A DNA stretch of 64,000 bases from Gigantopelta aegis (Eukaryota). Positions 26,056-39,564 of this stretch are shown in pieces; position 1 is the stretch's first letter; each line of letters starts with the position of its first letter. A model generated the notes under the pieces. That model was given only the letters and a program-made list of their open reading frames with translations, did no database searches and had not been told where the DNA came from. Where the stretch lies: NCBI RefSeq assembly GCF_016097555.1, contig NC_054708.1:62396537-62460536 (forward strand), written 5' to 3'. The position numbers and the translations under genes are program-made.

Positions 26056-27232
26056 CTGAATATCAATGATTGTGATTTTTGTAACATTTAATTTCAGAAT
26101 GCAGCGGATCACCATGAAACTGACTGTCGGCATGTATTTAACGCTTCGTAACCAACATTAAAACAGAATAGAATGACAATTCATGAAAAATATTATGTCT
26201 TGCTATAGTGTTGGCTATCAGTTGGAATTTCATCATTGATCATTGGGTTATAACTGATTTGCATTAACCGATCAATGCTCTATTACACAATAGTTTAGAA
26301 TTATATGCACTTAAGAATGATGTGTTTTATTAAGACTATGCACCGAGGGTGTACTTTTTCTATCCCACATGACCACATATGATGGGAGTCTATTATTCAA
26401 TATCAGTTTTCTTTACTTACACATGAAACCAAACACAAACCCATGAATTACAGCAGTTTCATTGTTTAAACTGAAGAAACCATTACAGTTAATATTATCA
26501 GCAACTATAGATTATAGATTACGAAATTTTAAATCGATCATCACATCAGAAGAGCCAAACTGATCAATTTTCCATTATAATCAGTTATTGGAACATCACT
26601 ACCCAGCCGTACAGTATATCTCACTTTGTACGTGACTTAAAAGCTTTACTCAATACCACTATCTACATGCTGATTATTAATTGTACAATTTCAGGGTTTT
26701 ATCACTTATGTTTCTAGACTCCGATAATCGACACCATTACCCAAAGACTATCATGTTGTTTTTTATTCCCAAGTTTGGAGTATCAATGAAACTAATTAAC
26801 ATGTTTTATTATTAAAGGCATATTTTAAAAACAATACATAACACTTGATATTAATTTGAATAAATACAAGTATATGTACAGTATTAGTCTTTTCGAATCT
26901 AACAAAGCTTACTAAGATGTTTTTTAAATGAAACTGAAAATTCTCAAAATTTTATAAACAACACTAAAATTCCCAAAGTCAAAGCCATGGGTGTAAAGTA
27001 AAATTTTAGAAATAAAATGCTGAACGTACCTTATTTCAAACATGCTTGATTAGGAAATCACTTGATACATGCTTGCTATAAACTGTACAACATTCCTTAA
27101 GTTACATGCTCATTAAAAATGTACAACAAACCTCAATGTCTCAGTGCAACTCGTGCTATACAATCCTGTGAACAAGTTTTCAAAAACTCTCACACTTCCT
27201 ATAATTGCTCATTTTAAACATGATCAACACAC

Positions 27233-27312
27233 CTCGAGGATATCAGTAATAAAATCGGGTCCCAACATCAGGCACAGAGATTTAAGAGCATTTTCCTTTT
27301 TCGGTTTTCCAG
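27233..27312 (-). CDS. MVP: MVP exon (A-GKPKKENALKSLCLMLGPDFITDILE)
   Basis: Matches human [29 protein letters not shown]. Donor GTGTGT. Confidence 0.8.
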
Positions 27313-27414
27313 CTGGAAATAGAAATAAAACAATATTAATGACATTTCTAAATATTTTTGTTGTTACCCTTTTGCTAACAAACATATTATACAGAAAACA
27401 AAATCAATGGATTC

Positions 27415-27530
27415 CTATATTAATCGAGACCTGGGCCCTGTTTCACAAACTGATCTTAGTTCATGCACGTGATTAAGGCGATTTGAGCACTAAGATTGCT
27501 TCATTAAACACGGCCCTGAACAGGTCCCAA
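27415..27530. mobile_element. Hairpin MITE (cctgggccctgtttcacaaa...tgagcactaagattgcttcattaaacacggccctgaacagg); related copy at 49235-49350
   Basis: Self-complementary arms. Shared motif gatcttag...cactaagattgcttc...ggccctg in both copies. Confidence 0.55.
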
Positions 27531-27877
27531 ATGCATAAGGAAGGATTTTCAGTTTCTAATCTTGGCAAATTATCTTTCTGATTTTTATAAAAACTTTCAA
27601 ATTTGTATCAAGAAAGCATTATTATTATTATTATTATAGATAATGTGACATATTTACCCCATGCAAATTAACAGATACACCTGATGTACCATGAATACTA
27701 CGACAATTAATAGCCTTCAATATATATATATATATATACCATCTGTTTTTGACAAGGATAAATTCTTCAACCTGTTATATCTCAAGCAAGTGCTCTTTAC
27801 CACTGAGCTAAATTAAGTTCCTTTTGAATAAAAGATTGAAGTAAACATAGCAACAATATTTCCAGGTAATGACCTAC

Positions 27878-27974
27878 CACTCAAACTCAACACATTGAAC
27901 TCGTCATGTGGTCCCAAAACAACGAGATCCGGTCCAAACAGAATCCGCTGAGTCTTCTTCATGTAGTTATACAC
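27878..27974 (-). CDS. MVP: MVP exon ([32 protein letters not shown]-)
   Basis: Matches human [32 protein letters not shown]. Acceptor gtattgtag, donor GTAGGT. The phase 1 end gives GCT=A with the next exon. Confidence 0.9.
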
Positions 27975-28624
27975 CTACAATACATAGAACACTGTACAAC
28001 TACATGCAACTCACTTCATTAGTCTAAGAAAACATGTAGTAGGGATGCAAGGTTAATCATACCCTAACAACTTAACAACTGACTCTCCAGTTAACCCCCC
28101 CCCCACCCCCCCCATCTAGTGACTTATTTCAAACTACCATCATATTCATGTTAAACTTAGTTTTTCTAGTAATTCCTCAAATGACTAATGAATGAGTAAA
28201 TTTTATCAAACCTCCACAACAAAAAATACATTCAATTTGGCTATTGGTTGTCAAAACAATAGTAAATATATAAATGACCAACATCAATATAAAAATTCAA
28301 AAGTTAACTTAAGACAGTGTAAAGAGCCCTGCAAAAAATACAAATATGACAGGTAAGTAAAATTAAAATTTAAAATTAAATTGGGTATCTCTGAGAAAAT
28401 GCACAAATGATGTGCTGACAGGAATGGATCTAAGTATTGGTACTAAATATGAGCTAAGTACGAAAGCGATAATGCTGGTAGGTATATACATGTAAGTCTG
28501 GAATAAGGTAGCCAGTACCTGTACTTGCCCACTCTCTCAAAGTGGTTATATGTTATTTCACTAATGGAGTATGTAACCTACATGTAATGCATATGATGAC
28601 AAGACAATATTGACTTGTACACAC

Positions 28625-28681
28625 CTGAACAGCAGTGTTACCGGGACAACGGTATGTTATCACCCGAGTTTTGTCTCGACC
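28625..28681 (-). CDS. MVP: MVP exon (GRDKTRVITYRCPGNTAVQ)
   Basis: Matches human RNKTRVVSYRVPHNAAVQ. Acceptor ttgcag, donor GTGTGT. Confidence 0.85.
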
Positions 28682-29104
28682 CTGCAACAAATCAAAAACG
28701 ATAAGAGCCAGACTAAGAGAAGAAGAATAGCTATTTTAAAACAATATATTTGAAACCACTCATGACTACACTATAAAAGGTTACAGGACTGATATAACAT
28801 ACTAATATTTAAAATAGTTCAGTTAAAAATATTGTTTAAAGGAATGAAAATAGGGCTGTAAATCAGGAAACACAGTCCAGTTTTTTTTTTTTAAAGTTGT
28901 ATGACACTCTGCACAACATTATTTCTTTTTAAAATGTATTTAAAAAATATATATATATTTTTAACAAATCAAGGTTGTTACCTATTACATCTTTGAATCA
29001 TGAGTTGAAAGTACAATGTACTTCTAAAATTACTACCTCTTAACAACACAATACAGAAACGTGACTACAGAGATTCAATAAATAAGTGAATTGTGACCAC
29101 ATAC

Positions 29105-29183
29105 ATCAACAATATCCGGATTGATGGACTGTGCAAAGTAGGCCAGCTTTCGGATGTCTCCTTCACCAATACCCCCTCCAGCC
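29105..29183 (-). CDS. MVP: MVP exon (AGGGIGEGDIRKLAYFAQSINPDIVD)
   Basis: Sits in the position of human NKGQDPLADRGEKDTAKSLQPLAP. Similarity is weak, but phase and splice sites (tgtttgtag ... GTATGT) are exact with both neighbours. Confidence 0.6.
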
Positions 29184-30169
29184 CTACAAACACAACAAAA
29201 ATCACAGTTACTTCTAACACGAACCAGTCAGTGTAATATCTCATCGTATGTAAACAATCAGCTTTTAACTGGGTTTTTTATTTTTATTTGTTTTATTATA
29301 TCATTATGTTTTGAAGATTACAAAGACTTCAAGTATTACATCACTCTATTTTTCTGAATCTGTATACAATAGTGATTATAAATATCATTGGTTCCAAAAA
29401 TTAACATGAAATTCCCACAGGACCTATTTTTGCTCCATATGCCACTACACTATACATTATTGTACAATGAACCCTCATGATAATTATGGTGTCATAGGAT
29501 GTAGCAAAGTGTTTCACAGCTGGTACATCAAATGTTATGTGGTATGCACTGTCCTGTCTCTAGGTTAGTGCATAAAAAACTCCTCCTTGCAGACATTCAG
29601 TAGTCTATATACTGACAGCAAGTTAAGTTCAGTCCAACGCTTGTCATTAACATTCGCTAAACTCGTTTTTATGCTACACAGTAAAATGAATGACCACTTC
29701 GGGAACCAGTCCAAATAGTTCGCAAACGTTACCGAAAAATGGCTGACTGAACTTGGGGCAGGTTTCTTTTCTCATTTGCAATTCGACATAAAATAGCCAT
29801 TAATTAAACAATCTCAATCAATTTACATTTTCCATGACTTGCTATGACCCAATTAAAAATTCCATGACTTTCAAAGCCTGGAAAATGACATTTTCTAATT
29901 CCATGACTTTTAAGGATTTCCAGGACCCGTATCGGCTATTGGATGTAAAACATTAGGTAATTCTGACATATAGTCTCAGAGAAGCAACATGCTATATTTC
30001 CCATTAGTAGCAAGAGATCTTTTATATGAGAACCCACTGGCACAGTCAGAGGACCACCCATGGCACCTACGCCCCAATCAAACTTTTTTTATTATTAAAC
30101 TGTATTAAATTTAATGAAATCATGCATACATATAGTGTGGGTTGGTCCACCAATATAAAATCCTGGCTA

Positions 30170-30822
30170 TGCAATCATCAAGCTTTAACTGTAGAAATGT
30201 CGAGATAGATGGACATGTGGATGATTAGTGCCCAATGGGCCCACTGAAGGGGATCAACTTATGAAACAATTCATCCAGCTTTAACTGTATGCACCATCCC
30301 ACAGGCAGGATCACACATACCACGGCCTTTAATATACAAGTTGTGGTGTACTGGCTGAACGATAAGTTGCCCAATGGGCCCACTGAAGGGGATCGATCTG
30401 CCTGTTACTGAAAGAAACAATTCATCACAGCTTTAACTGTAGAAAATGTCGAGATAGATGGACATGTGGATGATGAGTTGCCCAATGGGCCCACTGAAGG
30501 GGATCGATCTGCCTGTTACTGAAAGAAACAATTCATCACAGCTTTAACTGTAGAAAATGTCGAGATAGATGGACATGTGGATGATGAGTTGCCCAATGGG
30601 CCCACTGAAGGGGATCGATCTGCCTGTTACTGAAAGAAACAATTCATCACAGCTTTAACTGTAGAAAATGTCGAGATAGATGGACATGTGAACGATAAGT
30701 TGCCCAATGGGCCCACTGAAGGGGATCGATCTGCCTGTTACTGAAAGAAACAATTCATCACAGCTTTAACTGTAGAAAATGTCGAGATAGATGGACATGT
30801 GGATGATGAGTTGTAAACACAC
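30170..30822. repeat. 114-bp tandem array (about 4 full copies plus degenerate ones) derived from the SINE core and tail
   Basis: Unit is gttgcccaatgggcccactgaaggggatcgatctgcctgttactgaaagaaacaattcatcacagctttaactgtagaaaatgtcgagatagatggacatgtggatgatga. Ends 1 nt before the MVP exon donor at 30823. Confidence 0.9.
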
Positions 30823-30917
30823 CGCAGTAACTCCTCTTCAATGGGACGAAGTGGCTTCTCCCACAGTTCTTCATCTGCCGTCAACATGTAGGCCCGTGGG
30901 CCTAACACAGCACGCAC
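30823..30917 (-). CDS. MVP: MVP exon (VRAVLGPRAYMLTADEELWEKPLRPIEEELL-R)
   Basis: Matches human [30 protein letters not shown]. Acceptor tatttttag, donor GTGTGT. The 114-bp tandem array ends about 1 nt from this donor. Confidence 0.85.
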
Positions 30918-31930
30918 CTAAAAATAACACAGTACTAATATTATATTTCCATTACAACAAAAAGTTAAATTTTGTGAGGTTTAACACCACCACTGCAGCA
31001 CACTGATAAACTGCCCATCTGGATGTCAAGACACGTGGTCGTCAGAGGAAACACACTACAATTTTCCATTAACTGCAAAGGATCTTTTACAAACAGGACA
31101 ATACATACCATTGCCTTTGATAGACATGGGGCACTAGTTGAGTCATATACAACAGGTCTGATGCTAAACTTTGTAATTTCATTTTATCTTCAGTGTCCTG
31201 TCCAGGACAGTGGGTTAACAGTTAGTTACTATGGTTAGTAAGACGGATGTCCATGTAATGGTTATTAAAACTCACTTTTGATGTGAGTCAGGACAGTGAG
31301 TTAATGCTTAGTCACTATGATTAGTAATGGCTATTAAAACTCACTTTTGGTGCGAGTTGGCACCGAGTTGCAGATCAATTACCACTGTGACTGTGATTGC
31401 ACAAAAAGAGGCTGGTGATATCTGTCAATCATTCATTCATTTATCCATTCATTCATTCATTTAGAGTTGTTTTTGTGTTATATTCAATGAAGATTCAAGC
31501 AGATTGTCCTGGGTACACATTTCAGCTGTGCTGTCTGTCCAGGACAGTGGTTAGTGGTTAGTGGGTGAGCAGTCGGTATAGTGGTCTTATTCACAGAGTC
31601 TTTAAACTCGCTTTGAGTGGGAGCCGGTACCGGGATGTGAACCCAGTACCTACCAGTCTTAAATCAGATGGATTAATCACTGCACCACGAGGCTGGTGAT
31701 ATCTGTCATTGGAAGATCACCATATGTATGTCTATTGTCATACTAGGCAGGCCACAAATTTGTTACAACTTTCCAACTTGAATCTCACTAAATAAACCAG
31801 CTATGTATAAAACATGAAATCTTATGGATTTTATTCTTACATTTTGTTAATATGTAACTAAACAATGTCACCTCTGATAAAGCCACATATATATGTAACA
31901 AGGACCACATGCACATACTAAATGACTTAC

Positions 31931-31991
31931 TTGACCAGTTTTCAGATCTTGAACATAGATTCCTTCATTCTTGTTCAGTGCTATTCTTCTC
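31931..31991 (-). CDS. MVP: MVP exon ([20 protein letters not shown])
   Basis: Matches human [20 protein letters not shown]. Acceptor tatttcag, donor GTAAGT. Confidence 0.85.
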
Positions 31992-32335
31992 CTGAAATAA
32001 AAATAAAGTATAATTTCTCTATTACTGCTTATTTTACAATTTTTAAAATTTATTTTACTTCTCTTTTAACGTATAATAATTAGAAATAAAGAAACACTAT
32101 TTTTAATTTACTGGCAAAATCACGAATATGAGTATGTTTATTTGGATTGCCAATCATTTCACAGTGTGTTCCACACATAAATACATTACAATGCATATAT
32201 ACATAAATAGGCTACACATCTAGTTTACTGCGTGTCAAGTTCATGACAAACCCGACTTGTAATAATTTGGACACTAGGAAACATTAATTTTGTTATATAC
32301 AAAGACAATATACTGTCCACTTTATAACTCCTGAC

Positions 32336-32426
32336 CTTTTCTTTAAAATGGTGACCTCAATGGGAGGAATATATCTGACTGGTCCTGTGATGAGCCACCG
32401 ATCACCTGGGTTACGCAGAGGTGCAC
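32336..32426 (-). CDS. MVP: MVP exon (GAPLRNPGDRWLITGPVRYIPPIEVTILKK-R)
   Basis: Matches human [25 protein letters not shown]. Acceptor ttattcag, donor GTCAGG. Confidence 0.8.
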
Positions 32427-32519
32427 CTGAATAACACAAACGGATAAAACCTAAAATATTTGTGGCCGGGGCGAGGCTGGAACCACATTTATTGAATGAT
32501 GCTAGCTGAAATATAACAA

Positions 32520-32770
32520 AAGGAAGGAAATGTTTTATTTAACGACACACTCAACACATTTTATTTACGGTTATATGGCGTCGGACATATGGTAAAGGAC
32601 CATACAGATATCGAAGGAGGAAACCCACTGTCGCCACTTCATGGGCTACTCTTTTCGATTAGCAGCAAGGGATCTTTTATATGCACCATCCCATAGACAG
32701 GATAGCAAAATACCACAGCCTTTGCTGTATCAGTCATGGTGCACTGGCTGGAGCGAAAAACAGCCCATAA
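32520..32770 (-). mobile_element. tRNA-derived SINE fragment (core plus type-2 tail), minus orientation
   Basis: Reverse complement matches the 5282-5650 core and tail. Confidence 0.7.
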
Positions 32771-33389
32771 CAAAAGAAACACCTTACTGGTTGAAAATCA
32801 TCTACAGCTATAATGTGATATCATAAAACCGTCATATGATGTCACAATGGCACACGCCATACCCTATGACGGCTTTATGATATCATAGCGCTAAGATAGC
32901 TTCGAAAATCTGGGCCCTGGGCTTCAACTAGCCACATGGTTGAATTCACTGAACATTCTTTAAGTCATTTAAAAAAAAAAAAAAAATCAATTTGAGATGT
33001 AACATGTATAAAATATTTGGGTAGAATACTTGGCTAAAATTTAATCATCAAGTTTTGTTGTCTAGAGTTACAAACGTTTTCAAGAACATCTGAACTTACC
33101 GTAAAAATGTCTTCAAACCCAACACAAAAACACAAAAACGGCTTGGATAGGTGGGAGCGAAAAGAAGAAACTGTCCAAATCATTGAAGCAGAGTGATAAG
33201 GATGTAACTATCACGTGACCAGAACAGGATGCCATGACTCAGTGGAAGATTTTAGCCATCTGATTGGCTGTCCACAGAACTAGGGGTAAAGTATCATAGG
33301 TCAGAGGTCAGCTTATGTATGAAAACAAAAACTGTTATGCAGTCATGCAAAAATCATAGGGTGCTCTTGCAAAGATGGAAAGGAAAAAA

Positions 33390-33690
33390 AAAGGCTTATT
33401 TAAAGACGCACTCAACACATTTTATTTTACGGTTATATGGTTTCGGACATATGGTTAAGGACCACACAGATATTGAGAAGAAACCCGCTGTCACCACTTC
33501 ATGGACTAATCTTTTTGATTAGCAGCAAGAGATCTTTTATATGCACCATCCCATAGACAGGATAGCACATACCACAGCCTTTGTTGTACCAGTTGTGGTG
33601 CACTGGCTGAAGCGAGAAATAGCGCAATGGGCCCACTGACGGGGATCAATCCCAAACAGACCGCGCATCAAGCAAGCACTTTACCACTGG
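33390..33690 (-). mobile_element. tRNA-derived SINE (type-1 head GGGGCAGGACGTAGCCCAGTGGTAAAG + core + type-2 tail), minus orientation
   Basis: Head with A-box TAGCCCAGTGG and B-box-like GGGATTGATCCCC. The minisatellite starts 7 nt beyond the head. Confidence 0.8.
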
Positions 33691-33696
33691 GCTACG

Positions 33697-36600
33697 TCCT
33701 GCCCCTGCAAAGATGGGAGTCGTAATGCATACTGGTAATAATAATGGCAAAGATGGGAGTCGTAATGCATACTGGTAATAATAATGGCAAAGATGTCGTA
33801 ATGCATACTGGTAATAATAATGGCAAAGATGGGAGTCATAATGCATACTGGTAATAATAATGGCAAAGATGTCATAATGCATACTGGTAATAATAATGGC
33901 AAAGATGTCGTAATGCATACTGGTAATAATAATGGCAAAGATGGGAGTCAAAGCATATGGTAATAATAATGGCAAAGTAATGCATACTGGTAATAATAAT
34001 GGCAAAGATGGGAGTCGTAATGCATACTGGTAATAATAATGGCAAAGATGGGAGTCGTAATGCATACTGGTAATAACAATGGCAAAGATGGGAGTCGTAA
34101 TGCATACTGGTAATAACAATGGCAAAGATGGGAGTCGTAATGCATACTGGTAATAATAATGGCAAAGATGGGAGTCGTAATGCATACTGGTAATAATAAT
34201 GGCAAAGATGGGAGTCATAATGCATACTGGTAATAATAATGGCAAAGATGTCATAAAAGTAATAATAATGGCAAAGATGTCATAATGCATACTGGTAATA
34301 ATAATGGCAAAGATGGGAGTCATAATGCATACTGGTAATAATAATGGCAAAGATGTCATAATGCATACTGGTAATAATAATGGCAAAGATGGGAGTCGTA
34401 ATGCATACATAATGGCAAAGATGGGAGTCGTAATGCATACTGGTAATAATAATGGCAAAGATGGGAGTCGTAATGCATACTGGTAATAATAATGGCAAAG
34501 ATGGGAGTCGTAATGCATACTGGTAATAATAATGGCAAAGATGGGAGTCGTAATGCATACTGGTAATAATAATGGCAAAGATGGGAGTCGTAATGCATAC
34601 TGGTAATAATAATGGCAAAGATGGGAGTCGTAATGCATACTGGTAATAATAATGGCAAAGATGGGAGTCGTAATGCATACTGGTAATAATAATGGCAAAG
34701 ATGGGAGTCATAATGCATACTGGTAATAATAATGGCAAAGATGTCATAATGCATACTGGTAATAATAATGGCAAAGATGTCATAATGCATACTGGTAATA
34801 ATAATGGCAAAGATGGGAGTCGTAATGCATACTGGTAATAACAATGGCAAAGATGGGAGTCGTAATGCATACTGGTAATAATAATGGCAAAGATGGGAGT
34901 CATAATGCATACTGGTAATAATAATGGCAAAGATGGGAGTCGTAATGCATACTGGTAATAACAATGGCAAAGATGGGAGTCGTAATGCATACTGGTAATA
35001 ATAATGGCAAAGATGGGAGTCGTAATGCATACTGGTAATAATAATGGCAAAGATGGGAGTCATAATGCATACTGGTAATAATAATGGCAAAGATGTCATA
35101 ATGCATACTGGTAATAATAATGGCAAAGATGTCATAATGCATACTGGTAATAATAATGGCAAAGATGGGAGTCGTAATGCATACTGGTAATAATAATGGC
35201 AAAGATGGGAGTCATAATGCATACTGGTAATAATAATGGCAAAGATGTCATAATGCATACTGGTAATAATAATGGCAAAGATGTCATAATGCATACTGGT
35301 AATAATAATGGCAAAGATGGGAGTCATAATGCATACTGGTAATAATAATGGCAAAGATGTCATAATGCATACTGGTAATAATAATGGCAAAGATGGGAGT
35401 CGTAATGCATACTGGTAATAATAATGGCAAAGATGGGAGTCATAATGCATACTGGTAATAATAATGGCAAAGATGGGAGTCGTAATGCATACTGGTAATA
35501 ATAATGGCAAAGATGGGAGTCGTAATGCATACTGGTAATAATAATGGCAAAGATGGGAGTCGTAATGCATACTGGTAATAATAATGGCAAAGATGGGAGT
35601 CATAATGCATACTGGTAATAATAATGGCAAAGATGTCATAATGCATACTGGTAATAATAATGGCAAAGATGTCATAATGCATACTGGTAATAATAATGGC
35701 AAAGATGGGAGTCATAATGCATACTGGTAATAATAATGGCAAAGATGTCATAATGCATACTGGTAATAATAATGGCAAAGATGGGAGTCGTAATGCATAC
35801 TGGTAATAATAATGGCAAAGATGGGAGTCGTAATGCATACTGGTAATAATAATGGCAAAGATGGGAGTCGTAATGCATACTGGTAATAATAATGGCAAAG
35901 ATGGGAGTCGTAATGCATACTGGTAATAATAATGGCAAAGATGGGAGTCGTAATGCATACTGGTAATAATAATGGCAAAGATGGGAGTCGTAATGCATAC
36001 TGGTAATAATAATGGCAAAGATGGGAGTCGTAATGCATACTGGTAATAATAATGGCAAAGATGGGAGTCGTAATGCATACTGGTAATAATAATGGCAAAG
36101 ATGGGAGTCGTAATGCATACTGGTAATAATAATGGCAAAGATGGGAGTCATAATGCATACTGGTAATAATAATGGCAAAGATGTCATAATGCATACTGGT
36201 AATAATAATGGCAAAGATGTCATAATGCATACTGGTAATAATAATGGCAAAGATGGGAGTCGTAATGCATACTGGTAATAACAATGGCAAAGATGGGAGT
36301 CGTAATGCATACTGGTAATAATAATGGCAAAGATGGGAGTCATAATGCATACTGGTAATAATAATGGCAAAGATGGGAGTCGTAATGCATACTGGTAATA
36401 ACAATGGCAAAGATGGGAGTCGTAATGCATACTGGTAATAATAATGGCAAAGATGGGAGTCGTAATGCATACTGGTAATAATAATGGCAAAGATGGGAGT
36501 CATAATGCATACTGGTAATAATAATGGCAAAGATGTCATAATGCATACTGGTAATAATAATGGCAAAGATGTCATAATGCATACTGGTAATAATAATGGC

Positions 36601-37143
36601 AAAGATGGGAGTCGTAATGCATACTGGTAATAATAATGGCAAAGATGGGAGTCGTAATGCATACTGGTAATAATAATGGCAAAGATGGAAGTCATAATGC
36701 ATACTGGTAATAATAATGGCAAAGATGTCATAATGCATACTGGTAATAATAATGGCAAAGATGTCATAATGCATACTGGTAATAATAATGGCAAAGATGG
36801 TAGTCGTAATGCATACTGGTAATAACAATGGCAAAGATGGGAGTCGTAATGCATACTGGTAATAATAATGGCAAAGATGGGAGTCGTAATGCATACTGGT
36901 AATAATAATGGCAAAGATGGGAGTCGTAATGCATACTGGTAATAATAATGGCAAAGATGGGAGTCATAATGCATACTGGTAATAATAATGGCAAAGATGT
37001 CATAATGCATACTGGTAATAATAATGGCAAAGATGTCATAATGCATACTGGTAATAATAATGGCAAAGATGGGAGTCGTAATGCATACTGGTAATAACAA
37101 TGGCAAAGATGGGAGTCGTAATGCATACTGGTAATAATAATGG
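33697..37143. repeat. 3.4-kb AT-rich minisatellite of 40-bp and 36-bp units with higher-order alternation
   Basis: Units are ggcaaagatgggagtcgtaatgcatactggtaataataat (40) and ggcaaagatgtcataatgcatactggtaataataat (36). Roughly 88 units. Begins directly at the tRNA-like head end of a SINE at 33690. Confidence 0.95.
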
Positions 37144-37292
37144 CACAGTTGGCAATGTGCTAGCCAAACAAAGCAGTTTATCTGTGGTATTTCTTTAATG
37201 TTTACATCTGAAAAGTTCTTCAATACACTTGAGATTTATACGTGGTACCATACTTGTGATATCTGTGACATTAACAACATGCCTACATGTAC

Positions 37293-37394
37293 CTTTGAAC
37301 ATCTTATCAACACATTCACTGGTGCACTGAAGGACCAACGACTCATCAGCAGACAGGATGTGTGCCTTTTGAATTCCGTGTTCTAGCCTTTCAC
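37293..37394 (-). CDS. MVP: MVP exon (GERLEHGIQKAHILSADESLVLQCTSECVDKMFK)
   Basis: Matches human [30 protein letters not shown]. Acceptor gatttcag, donor GTACAT. Confidence 0.8.
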
Positions 37395-38261
37395 CTGAAA
37401 TCATTACACAAACTGTTATCAACATATTTTAACAATATTAGTAATACATCATAAATACATGTAGTGTTCACAGTTGTCAATAGAAATTTGTCATGGCATG
37501 GTAGACTAAAACACTTTTGGGGAATTTTCACCATTTTGAGGACACTTTTTTTTTCCATTGAAGACAAAAATATTATTGAAATAAAAATATAATTTAATGT
37601 AATTGATGTGCTTGCTTTAATAAATGAATGGCAAAATATATAACAGGCATATTTTACTAACTAATAATACATTTTCTAAGTGTTTTATAAAGGCAATTTT
37701 TAAATTAATTTCTGAAAATAGTTTTTTTTTAAATCTCAGGGCAGCATGGTGCTGATTAAGGCAAGATGGTGCTAGAGCAGTGAGGTAAGGTGCCACACCA
37801 TGCTAAAACAAGCTAGAGAAAACACTATACATGCCTGTGCCAAACCATCTGCAACATTTTGGTATCATAAATGAATAAGAACGGACACAGTGCAATTGCA
37901 ATTAAATTTATATCAAGTCAATTATAAATGCTTAATTATTTATATTTTCTTTTCTTTTTATTTTGGTGAGGGGAAGTATACTTAAACTTTCATACATTTT
38001 AATACACAGTAGATATAAAACAAATTGCTTGCAAAAAAAAAAACCCCACTGAAAACTAAATTAATTGAAAACCAAACAAATATGATATTATGAGATGGCC
38101 AATTTAGTTAGACCAAAAAACAAATATAGTCTCTCTGGTCAGACCAAAGCTCCAAAATTGATGTGGTGATGCAGATGTTTTTTTTTTTTTTAAATTCCTT
38201 TTTCTGAGTTTGTTTTTTGCAATCATGAACTGGAAACAAAAGGAGGGTATATTTTGTTCTT

Positions 38262-38345
38262 TTGCACCCTCCTCATTGGTCTTGCACCCTCCTCATTGGT
38301 CTTGCAACCTCCTCATTGGTCTTGCAACCTCCTCATTAGTCCTGG
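38262..38345. repeat. 22-bp tandem repeat x4 (cctcctcattggtcttgcaacc)
   Basis: Direct reading of the sequence. Confidence 0.8.
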
Positions 38346-39422
38346 TGCTCCCTCACTTGCTATGCTACATTAAGTGCTTTCCATTTCATTTTTCATATAG
38401 CCAAGGCAACTTTTATGTCTTCCAACTTTGTCCCCACATGACCTAATTTGTATCCAAAATGTCATGATGTGCCACAATATTATTAGTTGAGGTGGCATGC
38501 TATTATTTCTGGTATAGATGGCGCTGTTATAGATACTGTGGTAAATTAGAAAAAAGAAAGTTGGGTTGAAATCGATGTGCGCTGATCTGAGATGAGACAA
38601 GCAATGTTTGGCCTAACAGATAAAAGTATATATCATTTTAAAAATAATAATAAATTAAATTTTATTTTATAATAATTAAAAAAAAATAATGTAGGAATGA
38701 ATGAATGTTCAACAACACCCCAGCACAAAAATACACATCCCCTACTGGGTGTCACAAATAGGTAAGTATATGAAAGTAAAATAATGTAAGGATGCAATCA
38801 AGCTTAAATCTTGTTACTATTCCGGCAACTATCGATGACTTCCGGCTGCCATCGATGACCTCCGACTCCATCCGAAGTTGACGACCATCCCCCTCTCCAA
38901 AAGCTATGTCGGCTCCATTGTTACACTGGCTTTCAACACAAAGACGGACGCAGTGTGTAAAAGTTCTTTATTTGAAAGAAGGGTGTTGTTTCAAACCCTT
39001 TCGCTGTGGGCGATAAGGCGACAGAACATAGGTCGTCAATAGGGAATGTAGATATCAGCAGCTCAAAGATTTCAAGATGGCGTCTATTTCAGAGAATGAA
39101 AAGCATGTCCTTTCTGGTCAGGTGAATTTCAAAAAGTCATGAATCACCTGTTGGCTTAAACATATCAGTCAGTAGGTGAGTACTGGTCAGTGTCAAAGGT
39201 CAGTATTCTAAACATGAAACAAGCTACACTAACTGCCCTAAAGTATTGACACTTAATTAAAACCCAGTGTATGTGTGTATTTTGTACAGTGCAGTGCAAT
39301 AGCTTAAAATCATAAACATTCACCTGGTTACAGTAAGACGACAGTAACTGTAATATATAGCAATGGAGAAATGACATCAACTAAAGAGAGAGAGAACTAA
39401 AGAGATAGAAAGAAGACAGAAC

Positions 39423-39564
39423 CTGGGTGTAGGAAGAAAGAGCAACATCCTGTCCTCAGTTCTTTCATTCCCATCATAGGCTGACCATCACTGTTGACCG
39501 GGTCGAGTACCACACAGTATTCTCCTCTCTGTAGAATAGTCTTCTCAACAGTACAGCTCACCTC
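39423..39564 (-). CDS. MVP: MVP exon (EVSCTVEKTILQRGEYCVVLDPVNSDGQPMMGMKELRTGCCSFFLHPG)
   Basis: Matches human ...[37 protein letters not shown]. Acceptor ttttttgcag, donor GTTCTG. Phase 0 to 1. Confidence 0.8.

Noticed and set aside
2461-37143. Tandem arrays as possible CRISPR arrays
   Set aside because: No unique spacers between repeats (the units are contiguous), no cas genes, and a eukaryotic context.
33646-37223. Many overlapping 200-490-aa ORFs (PLLLPVCITTPIFAIIITSMHYD...)
   Set aside because: Artefact of the 40/36-bp minisatellite periodicity on an AT-rich strand. There is no start context, no complexity, and it is antisense and intronic.
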